DNA of 64,000 nucleotides. It comes from Rhodothermales bacterium. Its GTDB lineage: Bacteria > Bacteroidota > Rhodothermia > Rhodothermales > Bin80. Shown here piece by piece: positions 42,176-53,686 of this stretch (the stretch's first letter is position 1; each line of letters begins with the position of its first letter). Both the position numbers and the translations under genes were made by a program. Below the pieces are notes generated by a model. It ran no database searches and was not told the DNA's origin. It saw only the letters and a program-made list of their open reading frames with translations. The DNA is taken from positions 28,804-92,803 of the forward strand of contig CBDBMQ010000007.1 of the NCBI GenBank assembly GCA_965207565.1, read 5' to 3'.

Positions 42176-42791
42176 CAATGTGGGGAATGATCGCAACGTG
42201 CCGGCCCTGAATTTGGACACGTCCTTGTGCAATCAGGTGAATTGCTTCAGGAAAAAGCTGATGCTCCACGCTCAAGACGCGTGCAGCTAGAGAGTCCGAT
42301 GTATCATCAGCATGTACAGGGATCCTTTTCTGGAGCAGAATCGGTCCCGTATCATATTCTTCGTCCACAAAATGAACGGTTGCACCGCTGAATGTTTCTT
42401 TCGCTTCAAGGACTGCTTTGTGGACGCGGCTTCCATAAAAGCCTTTGCCGCCGAAGCGTGGCAGAAGAGAAGGATGGATATTCAGGATCCGCCCCCGGAA
42501 CACCTCGATAATTCGGGTGGGGACTTTAGACAGGTAACCGGCTAGGGCAATCAAATCAATGTTTTCTTTGTGCAACAGATCAAGAACGGCATCGGCATAC
42601 GACTTCTCATCCCCAAAGATACGAGGAGATAGGATATGTGAAGGTATGTCCAGCTTTTTTGCCCGGCTTAATACGCCGGCTTGGGGGCGATTACACACCA
42701 GGAGGACTACACGGTACTGACGGGCATGCTCTACCAGTGCTTGAAAATTCGATCCACCACCGGAAGCAAAGACGGCAACACGCAAACCCAT
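42165..42791 (-). CDS. purN: Phosphoribosylglycinamide formyltransferase
   Basis: ASGGGSN, NIHPSLLP and SGATVHFV..YDTG. Confidence 0.98.
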   Translation of the reverse strand: MGLRVAVFASGGGSNFQALVEHARQYRVVLLVCNRPQAGVLSRAKKLDIPSHILSPRIFGDEKSYADAVLDLLHKENIDLIALAGYLSKVPTRIIEVFRGRILNIHPSLLPRFGGKGFYGSRVHKAVLEAKETFSGATVHFVDEEYDTGPILLQKRIPVHADDTSDSLAARVLSVEHQLFPEAIHLIAQGRVQIQGRHVAIIPHIDDH

Positions 42792-42830
42792 ACACAACAA
42801 CGTTTAAGGATACAAGGGATAGGGCAAAAG

Positions 42831-43745
42831 TTAAGGTTTAGCGATGGGGTCCAACATTTCAAGGCACCCGCCACTCGGATCTGCACTCAGTCTGGCAGAT
42901 ACCCCGATAGGGAGTATCCTGCGCGAGGGGAGATGCCCGTACTCCAGCCCGGATACAACCGGCCAGGAATATTCATCAACACAGTCAAGAATGGTTTGAA
43001 TCACGATGCTTCCGGCTTCCTGGTCCATCTGAGGTTGATCCCCTGTAAAGTTGCCGATCATTAAACCACCAAGTCCCTCTAAGATTCCAGCATTTTTCAG
43101 TTGTGTCAGGAGTGCATCAATTCGGTAGGGAGCTTCATTGACATCTTCGATGAACAGAATTTTTCCTTCCAGGTCTGGCAGGTATCTGGAGCCAACCATT
43201 CTGGCAATCGTGGACAGGTTCCCTCCCAGTAGGGTTCCGGTGCACTGACCTTTGCGTACGGTCGTTAATCCTTCGATTGGCAAAGGCAGCTGTCCTTCAA
43301 GCAGACGCCGGACCTCTTCTTTCATGGTTGCAGAGATGGAATCCCACTCGACAACCACGGGTCCTGAGATAGATCGCCATCCTGCACAGGTGAAGAGCGA
43401 GAGTTGCAAGGCGGTGATGTCGCTGTATCCAATCAGTACACTTGGCCTTCGCTTCGTGGCAGCGTAATCAATCCGATCCAGGATTCGCAGGCAACCATAT
43501 CCCCCGCGAACGGCAATCAAATGTCTCGTATGGGTGAGTGTCCGGTGAAATTGTGCAGCACGCTCAGCATCGGAGCCGCTCAGGTATCCGCGTTGTGCAA
43601 GTTGACCCGGATCCCAGTGCACCAGATAGCCATCTTCGGCCAGTGCATTCAATCCGCACTCCAGCTTTTCAGGAGTGCGGGGCGCGCTTGCGGGCGCGAC
43701 AATACCCAGTGCCTGGCTGGGGTGCCATAATGGGGGATAGGCCAT
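42831..43745 (-). CDS. LD-carboxypeptidase (peptidase S66)
   Basis: RGGYG, IGYSDIT, GGNLS, LFIEDV and YGH. Confidence 0.95.
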   Translation of the reverse strand: MAYPPLWHPSQALGIVAPASAPRTPEKLECGLNALAEDGYLVHWDPGQLAQRGYLSGSDAERAAQFHRTLTHTRHLIAVRGGYGCLRILDRIDYAATKRRPSVLIGYSDITALQLSLFTCAGWRSISGPVVVEWDSISATMKEEVRRLLEGQLPLPIEGLTTVRKGQCTGTLLGGNLSTIARMVGSRYLPDLEGKILFIEDVNEAPYRIDALLTQLKNAGILEGLGGLMIGNFTGDQPQMDQEAGSIVIQTILDCVDEYSWPVVSGLEYGHLPSRRILPIGVSARLSADPSGGCLEMLDPIAKP

Positions 43746-43810
43746 AATTTATGTGAACGGACTACAGAACGCTATCGTAAACGAGCCATTGGATAGATGG
43801 TTGAACTGAG

Positions 43811-44497
43811 ATGGTAAACCGGCAAACCATAAGTATACGTCCTCCAGAGTATTGGCCAACTCTGGCATCCGCGGCCTTGATGCAGGCGGCAGATATTATT
43901 ATCCTGGCTGACACGTTTCAGTATAGTCGACAGTCATTGCAGAACCGCATGCGCGTGCGCAACCCGGATGGATGGCAATGGGTTTCGGTGCCCTTGAAGG
44001 GCGGACAGCATGGTCGGTCGCAGCACCTAACCCGTATCCGCCCGGTCCCAGGATGGCGGAAGCGCCATTGGAAAGCAATCCGGTTCAATTACAGTCAGGC
44101 TCCCTATTTTGATCATTATCAGGCTTCCATCAAATCCCTGTATCTGCAGGATTGGACCTATTTGGGAGGGTTGAATGTTGCAACGACCCGGTTGGTTTAT
44201 CAATGGATGAATGGGGCTGGAACCATGCTTGCTGCGACCGAATTGGACGGATATCCCGATACGGTGGAGGCCGTCATGGCCTATTGGCCTGAGGCCGAGC
44301 TTCTGGCACCTGCCGGGATCCCGGAACCCTGCCCGGCCCGGCGGTTGGTTTTTTCGGCGCCGGATTACCGTCAGGCGTTTGCCGGGTTTGTTTCCGGCAT
44401 GACCGTGCTGGATCTGATATTTAATTATGGCCCCGAAAGTGCGGGCTTGCTTCGCGCAGGGACACGTATCCTGCCTGTGAACCATCAAACGGAATAA
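43811..44497 (+). CDS. WbqC-family protein
   Basis: DTFQY..QNR, WVSVP, NYSQAPYF and VLDLIFNYG. Confidence 0.92.
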   Translation: MVNRQTISIRPPEYWPTLASAALMQAADIIILADTFQYSRQSLQNRMRVRNPDGWQWVSVPLKGGQHGRSQHLTRIRPVPGWRKRHWKAIRFNYSQAPYFDHYQASIKSLYLQDWTYLGGLNVATTRLVYQWMNGAGTMLAATELDGYPDTVEAVMAYWPEAELLAPAGIPEPCPARRLVFSAPDYRQAFAGFVSGMTVLDLIFNYGPESAGLLRAGTRILPVNHQTE

Positions 44498-44501
44498 TAA
44501 A

Positions 44502-45596
44502 ATGGATCTTTCTTTTTTATCGGAACAGGTACTGTGGGGAATTTCAATCGGTCAACTGATTGTTGCCGCCGTGCTTCCTCTGTTGGGATTACTGGCACAA
44601 AGTGTGGTGCGGCGATTGCTTCGCCGGGTGACGAGTCGTGCGAGCAAGAAGGGGGATGCGAATATCGTCAATGATGTCAATCGACTTCTCACCAAACCGC
44701 TCAGCTTCCTGATCAATGTGGCACTCTGGAATGGGGTCGTTGGCCTTCTCAACCTTCCAGAACAGCCGCTGAACATCCATCTATGGGCAACCACCGCAGC
44801 GATGGTAGCCCTGATTGTTGTGATTGCCTACTGCGCTTTTCATGTGGTGGATGTGTTTGCAGCGATTGTAGCGCGGGTGGCAGAAAAAACAGAAACAAAG
44901 TTGGATGATCAACTAGTGGTTCCGGTGACCAATACCGTGAAGCTTTTAGTGGCACTGATTATGGTTGCGGCGATCCTGGGGCAGTTCGGCTATTCGGCCA
45001 CCGGTCTGATTGCAAGCCTCAGTATTGGAGGGCTCGCGATCGCTTTTGCCGCAAAGGATACGCTGGCGAATATATTCGGGTCGGTTGTCATTTTCAGTGA
45101 ACGGCCATTCCAGATTGGGGATGTCGTTGAGATCAACGGGCTTGAAGGTTCGGTGGAGGAGGTAGGGATTCGCAGCACTCGGATCCGGCAGTTTGATGAT
45201 ACGCTCTCCATCCTCCCGAACCAGATCTTCACCACTGCGGAAGTCCGCAACCTTTCAAGGCGGGGTTCCCGCCGGGTTCGTTTTGAGGTTACCCTCTCCC
45301 ACGAGGCAACCGCATCGCAGTTGGAGAATTTTCTCGCTTCAATTCGTCATTCACTTGAACAGCGAACCGACCTTCATCCCGATCGGACCCTAGTCCAACT
45401 CACAAAACTGGACACTAGTGGACTCAGCGTGTTGGTCCAGGCCTTCACCGTCTCCACGGACTTTGCAGCGTTTATGGTGACGCAGGAAGAGATTCTGCTA
45501 TGTGTGCGGAAACTGGCCGAAGAGCAGTCGTTGCCCATCATGCCGGCGAAAGAGATTCGTCTCTCTGGTGAGGTCAAAGACCCCCAGTCATCCTGA
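44502..45596 (+). CDS. Small-conductance mechanosensitive channel (MscS family)
   Basis: GGLAIAFAAKDTLAN, PFQIGD and GSVEEVGIRSTRIR. Confidence 0.95.
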   Translation: MDLSFLSEQVLWGISIGQLIVAAVLPLLGLLAQSVVRRLLRRVTSRASKKGDANIVNDVNRLLTKPLSFLINVALWNGVVGLLNLPEQPLNIHLWATTAAMVALIVVIAYCAFHVVDVFAAIVARVAEKTETKLDDQLVVPVTNTVKLLVALIMVAAILGQFGYSATGLIASLSIGGLAIAFAAKDTLANIFGSVVIFSERPFQIGDVVEINGLEGSVEEVGIRSTRIRQFDDTLSILPNQIFTTAEVRNLSRRGSRRVRFEVTLSHEATASQLENFLASIRHSLEQRTDLHPDRTLVQLTKLDTSGLSVLVQAFTVSTDFAAFMVTQEEILLCVRKLAEEQSLPIMPAKEIRLSGEVKDPQSS

Positions 45597-45666
45597 ATTT
45601 TTACCGTCCATTGCAGGCAGACGCCTCAGGGTTACTATATTGTCTAGGCAATGAGCACACTGGTAC

Positions 45667-45915
45667 ATGAATCCTGAACGGTATTGGAAGATCAACCTGC
45701 GTTATCTGGGAATCCTTCTCGGGATCTGGTTTCTAGTTTCGTTTGGAGCCAGTGTCCTTTTCGTGGACACGCTGGATGCGGTGCGTATCTACGGTTTTAA
45801 GCTGGGGTTCTGGTTTGCACAGCAGGGCGCAATCTATGTATTTGTGGTGATCATTTTTGTTTATGTGGTTCTCATGAACCGGCTTGATCGGAAATCCCCT
45901 GCAGAGGCCTCATGA
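45667..45915 (+). CDS. DUF4212 small subunit of a solute:sodium symporter
   Basis: YW..N, GFKLGFWFAQQG and MNRLD; overlaps the symporter start. Confidence 0.93.
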   Translation: MNPERYWKINLRYLGILLGIWFLVSFGASVLFVDTLDAVRIYGFKLGFWFAQQGAIYVFVVIIFVYVVLMNRLDRKSPAEAS

Positions 45916-47591
45916 ACGTACAGGCATGGACCTTCACCCTGGTCGGGTTTTCCTTCGCACTCTACATTGGGGTTGCAATCTGGTCGCGCGCCGGTTCCAC
46001 CAAAGAATTTTATGTCGCCGGTGGGCGGGTTCATCCAGTATTGAACGGGATGGCCACAGCGGCAGACTGGATGAGTGCTGCCTCGTTTATTTCCATGGCG
46101 GGGCTGATTGCCTTTATGGGCCGGGATGGAAGCGTTTATCTTCTTGGATGGACGGGAGGTTACGTACTTCTGGCGCTCCTTCTGGCGCCGTACCTGCGCA
46201 AGTTTGGCAAATTCACCGTCCCTGACTTTGTCGGCGATCGTTACTATTCTCAAACCGCCCGTTTCGTGGCCGTACTCTGCGCCATTTTCGTGTCCTTTAC
46301 GTATGTAGCAGGGCAGATGCGGGGGGTCGGGATCGTATTCTCTCGTTTCCTGGAGATTGATATTATTCCAGGCGTGTTGATTGGGATGGGGATCGTGTTT
46401 TTTTATGCGGTTCTCGGGGGAATGCGCGGGATCACCTACACCCAGGTTGCCCAGTACTGTGTGCTGATTTTTGCGTATCTGGTTCCGGCGATCTTTATCT
46501 CGCTGCTGATGACGGGGAATGTGATTCCGCAAGTGGGCTTTGGCAGTACGCTCGTCGATGGTTCGGGGACCTACCTCTTGGATAAGCTTGATGGTCTGAG
46601 TACCGATCTTGGTTTCGCTGCTTACACGAGCGGGCAGAAGAGCATGATGGATGTCTTTGCCATCACTGCCGCCCTAATGGTTGGGACCGCGGGGCTTCCG
46701 CATGTGATTGTTCGATTTTATACGGTGCCGCGAATGCGGGATGCTCGTACGAGCGCAGGCTGGGCGCTGGTATTCATCGCACTTTTGTACACGAGTGCGC
46801 CAGCGGTTGCAGCGTTTGCCCGGACCAATCTATTGACTACGATCGTGGACCGTCCGTACTCTGAAGCTCCAGTGTGGTTCAAAAACTGGGAGCGAACCGG
46901 CCTGATTGAGTTTGAGGACAGGAATGGAGATGGCAGGATCCAGTACGTTGGGCCGGCATCAGAACAGGAGAATGAGTTAACGATTGACCGGGATATCATG
47001 GTGCTGGCGAATCCAGAGATTGCCAACTTGCCCGGTTGGGTGATTGGACTGGTTGCCGCCGGCGGGCTTGCAGCGGCGCTCTCCACTGCCGCCGGACTCC
47101 TTCTGGTCATCTCCACGGCAGTTGCCCGGGATCTCCTGAAAAAAGGGTTCATGCCGGAAATTTCGGAGAAGCGGGAGCTTTTGACGGCACGGATCACTGC
47201 AGGAGTGGCTGTCCTGATCGCAGGGTACTTCGGTATTGATCCTCCGGGCTTTGTCGCACAGGTGGTTGCATTCGCATTTGGGCTGGCTGCTGCATCGTTC
47301 TTTCCGGCAATTATCCTAGGAATATTTACGCGGTGGATGAATAAATATGGGGCGGTGAGCGGGATGATCACAGGGATCGTATTTACTGCATGCTACATCG
47401 TTTTCTTCAAGTTTGTGCGCCCAGAACTCAACAGCGCAGACTATTGGCTGCTGGGCATTTCTCCCGAAGGAATCGGGACCATAGGTATGGTACTGAATTT
47501 CATGGTGGCCATCACCGTTTCCAGGTTCACGCCACCGCCACCTGCATCAATCCGCACGCTGGTGGATCGCATTCGGACTCCTGGTGATTAG
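45912..47591 (+). CDS. Cation/acetate-type sodium:solute symporter (ActP/VC_2705-like)
   Basis: NGMATAADWMSAASF, GTAGLPHV and AALSTAAGLLL. Confidence 0.93.
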   Translation: MNVQAWTFTLVGFSFALYIGVAIWSRAGSTKEFYVAGGRVHPVLNGMATAADWMSAASFISMAGLIAFMGRDGSVYLLGWTGGYVLLALLLAPYLRKFGKFTVPDFVGDRYYSQTARFVAVLCAIFVSFTYVAGQMRGVGIVFSRFLEIDIIPGVLIGMGIVFFYAVLGGMRGITYTQVAQYCVLIFAYLVPAIFISLLMTGNVIPQVGFGSTLVDGSGTYLLDKLDGLSTDLGFAAYTSGQKSMMDVFAITAALMVGTAGLPHVIVRFYTVPRMRDARTSAGWALVFIALLYTSAPAVAAFARTNLLTTIVDRPYSEAPVWFKNWERTGLIEFEDRNGDGRIQYVGPASEQENELTIDRDIMVLANPEIANLPGWVIGLVAAGGLAAALSTAAGLLLVISTAVARDLLKKGFMPEISEKRELLTARITAGVAVLIAGYFGIDPPGFVAQVVAFAFGLAAASFFPAIILGIFTRWMNKYGAVSGMITGIVFTACYIVFFKFVRPELNSADYWLLGISPEGIGTIGMVLNFMVAITVSRFTPPPPASIRTLVDRIRTPGD

Positions 47592-47655
47592 GACATAATT
47601 TGCGACATAACGCTACAGGTGTTAGATTAATAGACAGTCCAACGATTTTATAGCC

Positions 47656-48129
47656 ATGACTACAAGATATCTGATCATCGCAGCATTTTTTCTCTTCGGG
47701 TGTGTAGAGACCGATCCCGAAGGTGTTTCTGAAACTTCCATGACCGAAGAGGTGCAGCAGGTGGGAGGGGATTCATGTCCGAGCCTTGCAGGCTCATGGG
47801 CACTCGTTGAGATTAGAGAGACTTCAGCGGCTTTGAGCGGAGAGTTTGAGAGTGATCCCGAATATCGGCAGGCTCCCACGTTGAAGGTACTCAACGAAAC
47901 GCACTGGATGTTTATCCGACAGACGGCCGAATCGTTTGTCCACGCACAGGGAGGCCGCTATACGTTGGACTCTCTGGGCTATACGGAATACGTAGAATAC
48001 AGCGCGATTCCTCAAAATGTTGGCCAGTCATTCTCCTTTGACTGCACGATGGAAGGAGACTCTCTCTGGCATCATCAGGGCGGCCAGGGGGATACCCGTT
48101 ATGATGAGGTCTGGCGTCGCGTCCAGTAG
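47656..48129 (+). CDS. Hypothetical lipoprotein (lipocalin-like)
   Basis: Lipobox LFG-C; LAGSWAL, GGRYTL and EVWRRV. Confidence 0.75.
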   Translation: MTTRYLIIAAFFLFGCVETDPEGVSETSMTEEVQQVGGDSCPSLAGSWALVEIRETSAALSGEFESDPEYRQAPTLKVLNETHWMFIRQTAESFVHAQGGRYTLDSLGYTEYVEYSAIPQNVGQSFSFDCTMEGDSLWHHQGGQGDTRYDEVWRRVQ

Positions 48130-48160
48130 ATCAGACTATTTACTCTCAATCCTCGATTGA

Positions 48161-49762
48161 ATGCAGTTTGCCCCGGTTGACTATGTGGTGTTTGGAGCAT
48201 ACTGCCTCCTTATCGTTTCGTTAGGGCTCTGGGTTTCCCGGGGAAAGAAAGGGCAGGTCCGGGATGCTGAAGACTATTTTCTAGCGAGCAAGTCTCTTCC
48301 GTGGTGGGCCATCGGTGCTTCGCTCATCGCATCCAATATTTCTGCAGAGCAGTTTATTGGAATGTCAGGGTCCGGCTTCCGGCTGGGGTTGGCGATTGCC
48401 ACCTATGAGTGGATGGCTGCGATCACACTGCTTCTGGTTGCGTGGCTGTTTATCCCGATCTATCTGAAGAAGGGCATCTATACGATGCCACAATTTCTGG
48501 AATCGCGCTACGATGCGCGTGTACGGACGCTTCTGGCTGTTTTCTGGCTCTTGGTGTATGTATTTGTGAATCTGACCTCGGTCGTGTACCTCGGTGCCCT
48601 TGCCCTGGAAGGAATCATGGGCGTTACCCTGTGGCAGGGTGTTCTTGCGCTTGCGGTTTTTGCTACGGTTTACAGTGTTTACGGAGGACTCAAAGCGGTT
48701 GCGTGGACCGATGTGGTTCAGGTCTGTTTTCTGATTGGTGGAGGGCTTTTGACCACGGTCATTGCGCTGAATGCCTACAGCGGTGGGGAAGGTATCTTCG
48801 CCGGCTTTGCAAAGCTGCTTGACGAAGTACCGGACCGCTTTAATATGGTCCTTCAGCAGGGGGAACTGCTTTACATTGATGACGACGGGATCCGGCAGGA
48901 TGCATGGGAATTGCTTCCTGGGATTGGGGTTCTTGTTGGTGGGATGTGGGTGGCGAATCTGTTCTACTGGGGATGCAACCAGTACATTATTCAGCGTACA
49001 CTGGCTGCGCCAACGCTGCGGGAAGCGCAGCGGGGGGTTGCATTTGCTGGGTTTCTCAAGCTGCTTCTGCCCTTGATCGTTGTCATCCCCGGAATCATTG
49101 CGTACGCGCTTGCAGCCCCAATCGAAACCGCAGATAAGGCCTATCCATGGCTCTTGAATGAATATGTGGGTCCGGGGCTGAAGGGACTGACGTTTGCCGC
49201 ACTGATTGCAGCGATCGTATCCTCTCTGGCTTCGATGATGAACAGCACGAGCACCATCTTTACGATGGATCTGTACCGCAACTACATTCGACCCAATGCC
49301 AGTCAAAAGGATCTAGTTCGTACGGGGCGGGTGGTCGCACTCGTCAGCATGGCCATCGCCGCGGTCCTGGCACCACAGTTGGCCTCTCTGGATCAGGTAT
49401 TCCAGTATATCCAGGAATATACCGGCTTTGTAAGCCCTGGTGTTTTGGCAATTTTTGTTCTTGGGCTGTTTTGGAAGAAAGCAACTCCGAATGCGGCGCT
49501 GATCTCTGCTGTGCTCAGCATTCCTTTGTCCGTCCTCGTGAAATGGCTTCTGCCCGGCATGCCATTCATAGACCGGATGGGATGGGTGTTTGTGATTTCT
49601 GTGGCACTGATCGTTGGTGTCTCTCTTATTGAGGGCAAGGGAAAGGACAGCAGCAAAGCCATCCGTTTGGGGCGCAATATCATTGAGACGGATCCGGTAT
49701 TTGCCATCCTGTCCTTTGCGATTCTGGCAATCACGGCAGCTTTGTATGTGATTTTCTGGTAA
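48161..49762 (+). CDS. Sodium/sugar symporter (vSGLT/SglT-like)
   Basis: ASNISAEQFIGMSGSG, YEW, YWGCNQYIIQR and FQYIQEYTG. Confidence 0.95.
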   Translation: MQFAPVDYVVFGAYCLLIVSLGLWVSRGKKGQVRDAEDYFLASKSLPWWAIGASLIASNISAEQFIGMSGSGFRLGLAIATYEWMAAITLLLVAWLFIPIYLKKGIYTMPQFLESRYDARVRTLLAVFWLLVYVFVNLTSVVYLGALALEGIMGVTLWQGVLALAVFATVYSVYGGLKAVAWTDVVQVCFLIGGGLLTTVIALNAYSGGEGIFAGFAKLLDEVPDRFNMVLQQGELLYIDDDGIRQDAWELLPGIGVLVGGMWVANLFYWGCNQYIIQRTLAAPTLREAQRGVAFAGFLKLLLPLIVVIPGIIAYALAAPIETADKAYPWLLNEYVGPGLKGLTFAALIAAIVSSLASMMNSTSTIFTMDLYRNYIRPNASQKDLVRTGRVVALVSMAIAAVLAPQLASLDQVFQYIQEYTGFVSPGVLAIFVLGLFWKKATPNAALISAVLSIPLSVLVKWLLPGMPFIDRMGWVFVISVALIVGVSLIEGKGKDSSKAIRLGRNIIETDPVFAILSFAILAITAALYVIFW

Positions 49763-50109
49763 TCCGGGTTGTCACCGTAGGGACATGCGAAAGTTTGAGT
49801 TATATGGCACTTGGGCGATACCATCACATGACCATGATTTTCAGGAGTTTGGAGGCATGCTTTGTTATGGGATAAGCTCTCAGGATCACCTGGTCGCTAA
49901 GTATTCAGTACGGGGTGATCTTTAGCACGATGATATGCGGTATATTACAGATGCGTACTCCGCACGAGTGCAGTCACTTTTATGGGGATCAGAAAAAAAA
50001 ATCAGAATCGTGAAGGTTATATGGATAGTTTGAGAATTTTTAATTAAATTAGTGGCGATCCATGGTTCGTTCGGTCGGAGGTTTCTGTAAGTTGCTTCAT
50101 GTGAGAGCT

Positions 50110-50123
50110 TGGAAACGCTTACA
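50110..50123. promoter_or_regulatory. Putative LacI/GalR-family operator
   Basis: TGGAAACGCTTACA fits the TGNAANCGNTTNCA pseudo-palindrome, ~100 bp upstream of the TonB receptor. Confidence 0.5.
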
Positions 50124-50224
50124 TTATGCGATGGTCGGACGACATGTGTCTCTGATCTGCTTCACGAAGGCGGACAGGGGCTAAGTTAAGAAACAAGTAA
50201 CAACAAGTAAATGGAGGATTTACT

Positions 50225-53200
50225 ATGAGATTTAAACAGCTATTAGGCTTAACAGTGCTTTTACTGCTCACCGTGCCCGTGGCATTTGCTCAACAGGGCA
50301 AGATTGACGGGGTAGTTACCGATGTTGCGACAGGGGAGACGATTCCTGGGGCAAGCGTTATCATTGAGGGCACCGCTCAAGGTGCAGCCACACAGGTGGA
50401 CGGTTACTACTTCATCAACAACGTTCGGCCTGGGACCTACACGCTGGTAGTTTCTTTTGTTGGGTTCGTAACCCAGCGGGTTGAAGGAGTCCGGGTTTCG
50501 ACCGGGTTGACTTCGACGAGAGATATTCAACTGAGCGAGGAAGCCGTTGGTCTGGATGAAATCGTGGTCATGAGTGAGCGCCCAATTGTTCAGTTGGATG
50601 TCTCGGCGAATGTGGCCAGTCTCAACTCGGAGGCTTTTGAAGATCTCCCCGTTGCCGGCGTTAGTGAAGTGCTTGACTTGCAGGCAGGGATTGAGCCGGG
50701 CCTTCGTGTACGGGGCGGAGGATTGAATGAAGTTGCCTTTGTGGTTAGATGGAATGAATCTACGGACGGGGCGCGCCCATCAGCCATTTACAAACATCAG
50801 CTATACTTCATTAGAGGAGGTACAGGTGCAGACCGGTGGATTCAATGCGGAATACGGGAATGTTCGCAGTGGTATCGTGAATGTCACAACCAAAGAGCCT
50901 TCCCGGACGCGCTACACCGTTGATGCACTTTACCGTTATCAACCTGCTCAAGCCAAGGCGCTTGAGGGATTGGGAGGAGTCTCACTGGATAACTGCAACT
51001 ACTCCGGCTCGGTAACAGGGGATTGCGACAGTTGGTTTATTCGTCCGTTCCTGGATCCAGCGGTTGCCATGGAGGGGACAGGTAACGGTGCATGGGATTC
51101 TTATACCCAGAACCAGTACAATGCTTTTGAGGGCTGGAATGCACTGGCTGAGCGGCTCGTGACTGGTGAGGGATTTGATGTCACGGCCCAGGATATGCAG
51201 GACTATTTCAAGCACACGCACCGCAAAGATAACGAGATCACCAAGCCTGATTATGAGGTGGATGTGACGGTTGCGGGGCCACTGGTTCCAGGCCTTAGTC
51301 GTAGGCTGGGTGATTTGCGTTTCTCTGCCTCATATCGGGGAACTCAGACCGCCTACATCTACCCGCAGACCCGGGATGCATTTACAAACCAGACATTCCA
51401 AGGTAAGATTATCTCGAATGTTAGACCTGGGATGAAGTTGAGTCTGCAGGGGATGAAAGGCATTGAGCGGGGGATAAACCGCTCGCAGGGGAGTGCAGAC
51501 CTCCGAATGTATGGTGGCCAAATGCCGGCGTATCCATGGTGGGGGGCAGGAGCAGATATCGTGGATGGCATCAATCGTCGAGGACGTGTTATCCTGTCTG
51601 ACGGTGCGTTCCCGCTCGCCAATGTAGACCACACGATGATCGGAGCAACCTTCACGCATACCCTGAGCGCGAGTACCTTTTATGAAGTGAATCTTCAGAA
51701 TATTGCTTCAAAATATCGTAGTCATTTCCCGAATCTTCGTGACGGCTCGTATATCGAGAATAGCGAGTTTTTCCCAGTTCCGTATACGAATAACTTCGGC
51801 CGGTTGACTCCGGCAGGGGAACAGAACAGGGATCAAGTCACCTGCTTTGGTGGGGCTAGCGACCTTAGTGGGGATGGGAAGGTCGTTCCCTACTGTGTGG
51901 GGGATGAGCCGTTTGGATTTTTGGGTCAGGGCGGAAACCTTTTGGGTGGAGCGGAGACCACCGGTGGTCACTGGGTCAAAACCCGGGACACCTCCGATGT
52001 GAGTGTCTTTTACGGGACGGTTTGATCTGACCAGTCAGGTAACACGCGTGCTTCAGCTTAAAACAGGTGCAGAACTCATTATCAGTGACTATGCCCTGAA
52101 CTATAAAAGAGTCAATCTGGCCTTGGTCGGACCGGAGCCTGAAGCGGATTATCCGTTCTCACGCCAACCGATCCAGGGTGCAGCCTATGCACAGGGTAAG
52201 CTTGAATTCCAGGGAATGATCGCCAATCTGGAGTTCGCGTTGACTTCTTTGATGCGAATACGGCTTGGTGGGTAGCAGAGAACCCCTATGATCAGGCGTT
52301 CCGGCAACGGGCGGAAGAGTTGGACGAACTTCTGCCGAAGGAGGATCCAGATGCCCAGATATTCATCAGTCCCCCGGCTCGGGATTTCTTTCCCGATCAC
52401 CTCGGAAAGCAAGCTCTACTTCAATTATGGTCATTTCCGCCAGATGCTGAATCCGTTTGATGTATTTGGCGTTCAGCAATCGCGTAACGGAGGGATTGAT
52501 GTTCTGGGGAACCCGGATCACCCAATGGCCTCAGACCGTGGCGTACGAGTTGGGGTTTGACCAAAACCTGTTTGACCAGTACCTGCTACGGATTAGTGGG
52601 TTTTACAGAGACATCCGGAATCAGCCCCGGAATGTCAGCTACAATAGTCTCGGTGGTGTTGTGAATTATACGATCAAGCAGCCATGGAATTACGAGGATG
52701 TACGCGGCGCGGAGGTCACGCTCACTAAACTGCGTGGGGACTGGATCCGTGGGTTCGTGAACTACACCTTCCTCCAGACGAAGAGTGGTAATTTTGGCTA
52801 CAGCCGCTTTCAACGAGAACACGTTCCAGCAGCGTAACTATCTGAGGACATCTACCGATTATCGCCTTTCGGCACCACTTGCCGAGCCGTTTGCCCGCGC
52901 AAACCTACTCTTCTTAACGCCAAGCAGCCTCGTCCCATCGGTGTTCAATGGTGCGTTGCTGGGGGATTGGAGGGTCAGCCTTCTGGGTGAGTGGCGTGCA
53001 GGCAGCCAGTGGACTTGGGCCGGTGGTGGTGGAACACCGCCAGAACTCCAGCAGAATGTGCGCTGGCGCAGCTACTTGAATTTTGACCTTCGTTTCACGA
53101 AGCACATCAATACGCGTTACGGCGGTGCACAGGTCTTCCTGGATGTTTCGAACTTGTTCAATCGTCGCCATCTCTATAGTGCGACCGGCTTCCATCCAGA

Positions 53201-53612
53201 TGGTCGGGACTTTGACCGGTATATGTGGTCACTGCACCTGCCGGAAGATATCTTTGATCAGTTGAATGCGGTAGATGAGACGTTGCCGTATGCAGAAAAA
53301 CAGGGACTCCCGTATATCTGGGTCCCGGGTGATGATCGTCCTGGAGTATTTCGTCATCCAGACGTAGCGTATCAGCCGATTGAAGCATCCAAATCGCTGG
53401 ATGGTGTCTCCAACCCGAATACTACCGCGTGGTATTGGGCAGCGGATACAGGGACCTACTCCCGCTGGAATGGATCCAGTTTTGAAGAAGTACCTAGTAA
53501 TGAGGTCAACCAGGTGCTTGATGATAAAGCGTACATTGATATGCCGAACCTCCGGTTCAATACGTTTCTCAATAATCGGCGGATCACGTTGGGGATTCGC
53601 GTAACCTTATAG
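50225..53612 (+). CDS. Large TonB-dependent receptor (6 apparent 1-bp indels)
   Basis: Signal peptide, ETIPGASVIIEGT, VRGG..EVAFVVDG, TGGFNAEYGN..SGIVNVTTK, SPRLGISFPI and a terminal strand ITLGIRVTL; SD GGAGG. Confidence 0.93.
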
Positions 53613-53621
53613 CTTGCAGTA

Positions 53622-53651
53622 AGGCTACCACCTCTTTGGGGGTGGTAGCCT
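53622..53651 (+). other. Intergenic stem-loop between the TonB receptor and cargo genes
   Basis: AGGCTACCACC ... GGTGGTAGCCT, an 11-bp perfect inverted repeat with no U-tract. Confidence 0.75.
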
Positions 53652-53686
53652 GCTGACTGACACAAAAACTAGACTTAGCAAGCCTC

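Noticed and set aside
49993-50001. A9 tract upstream of the TonB receptor as a phase-variable promoter spacer
   Set aside because: It lies in an AT-rich intergenic region and no promoter elements can be placed around it.
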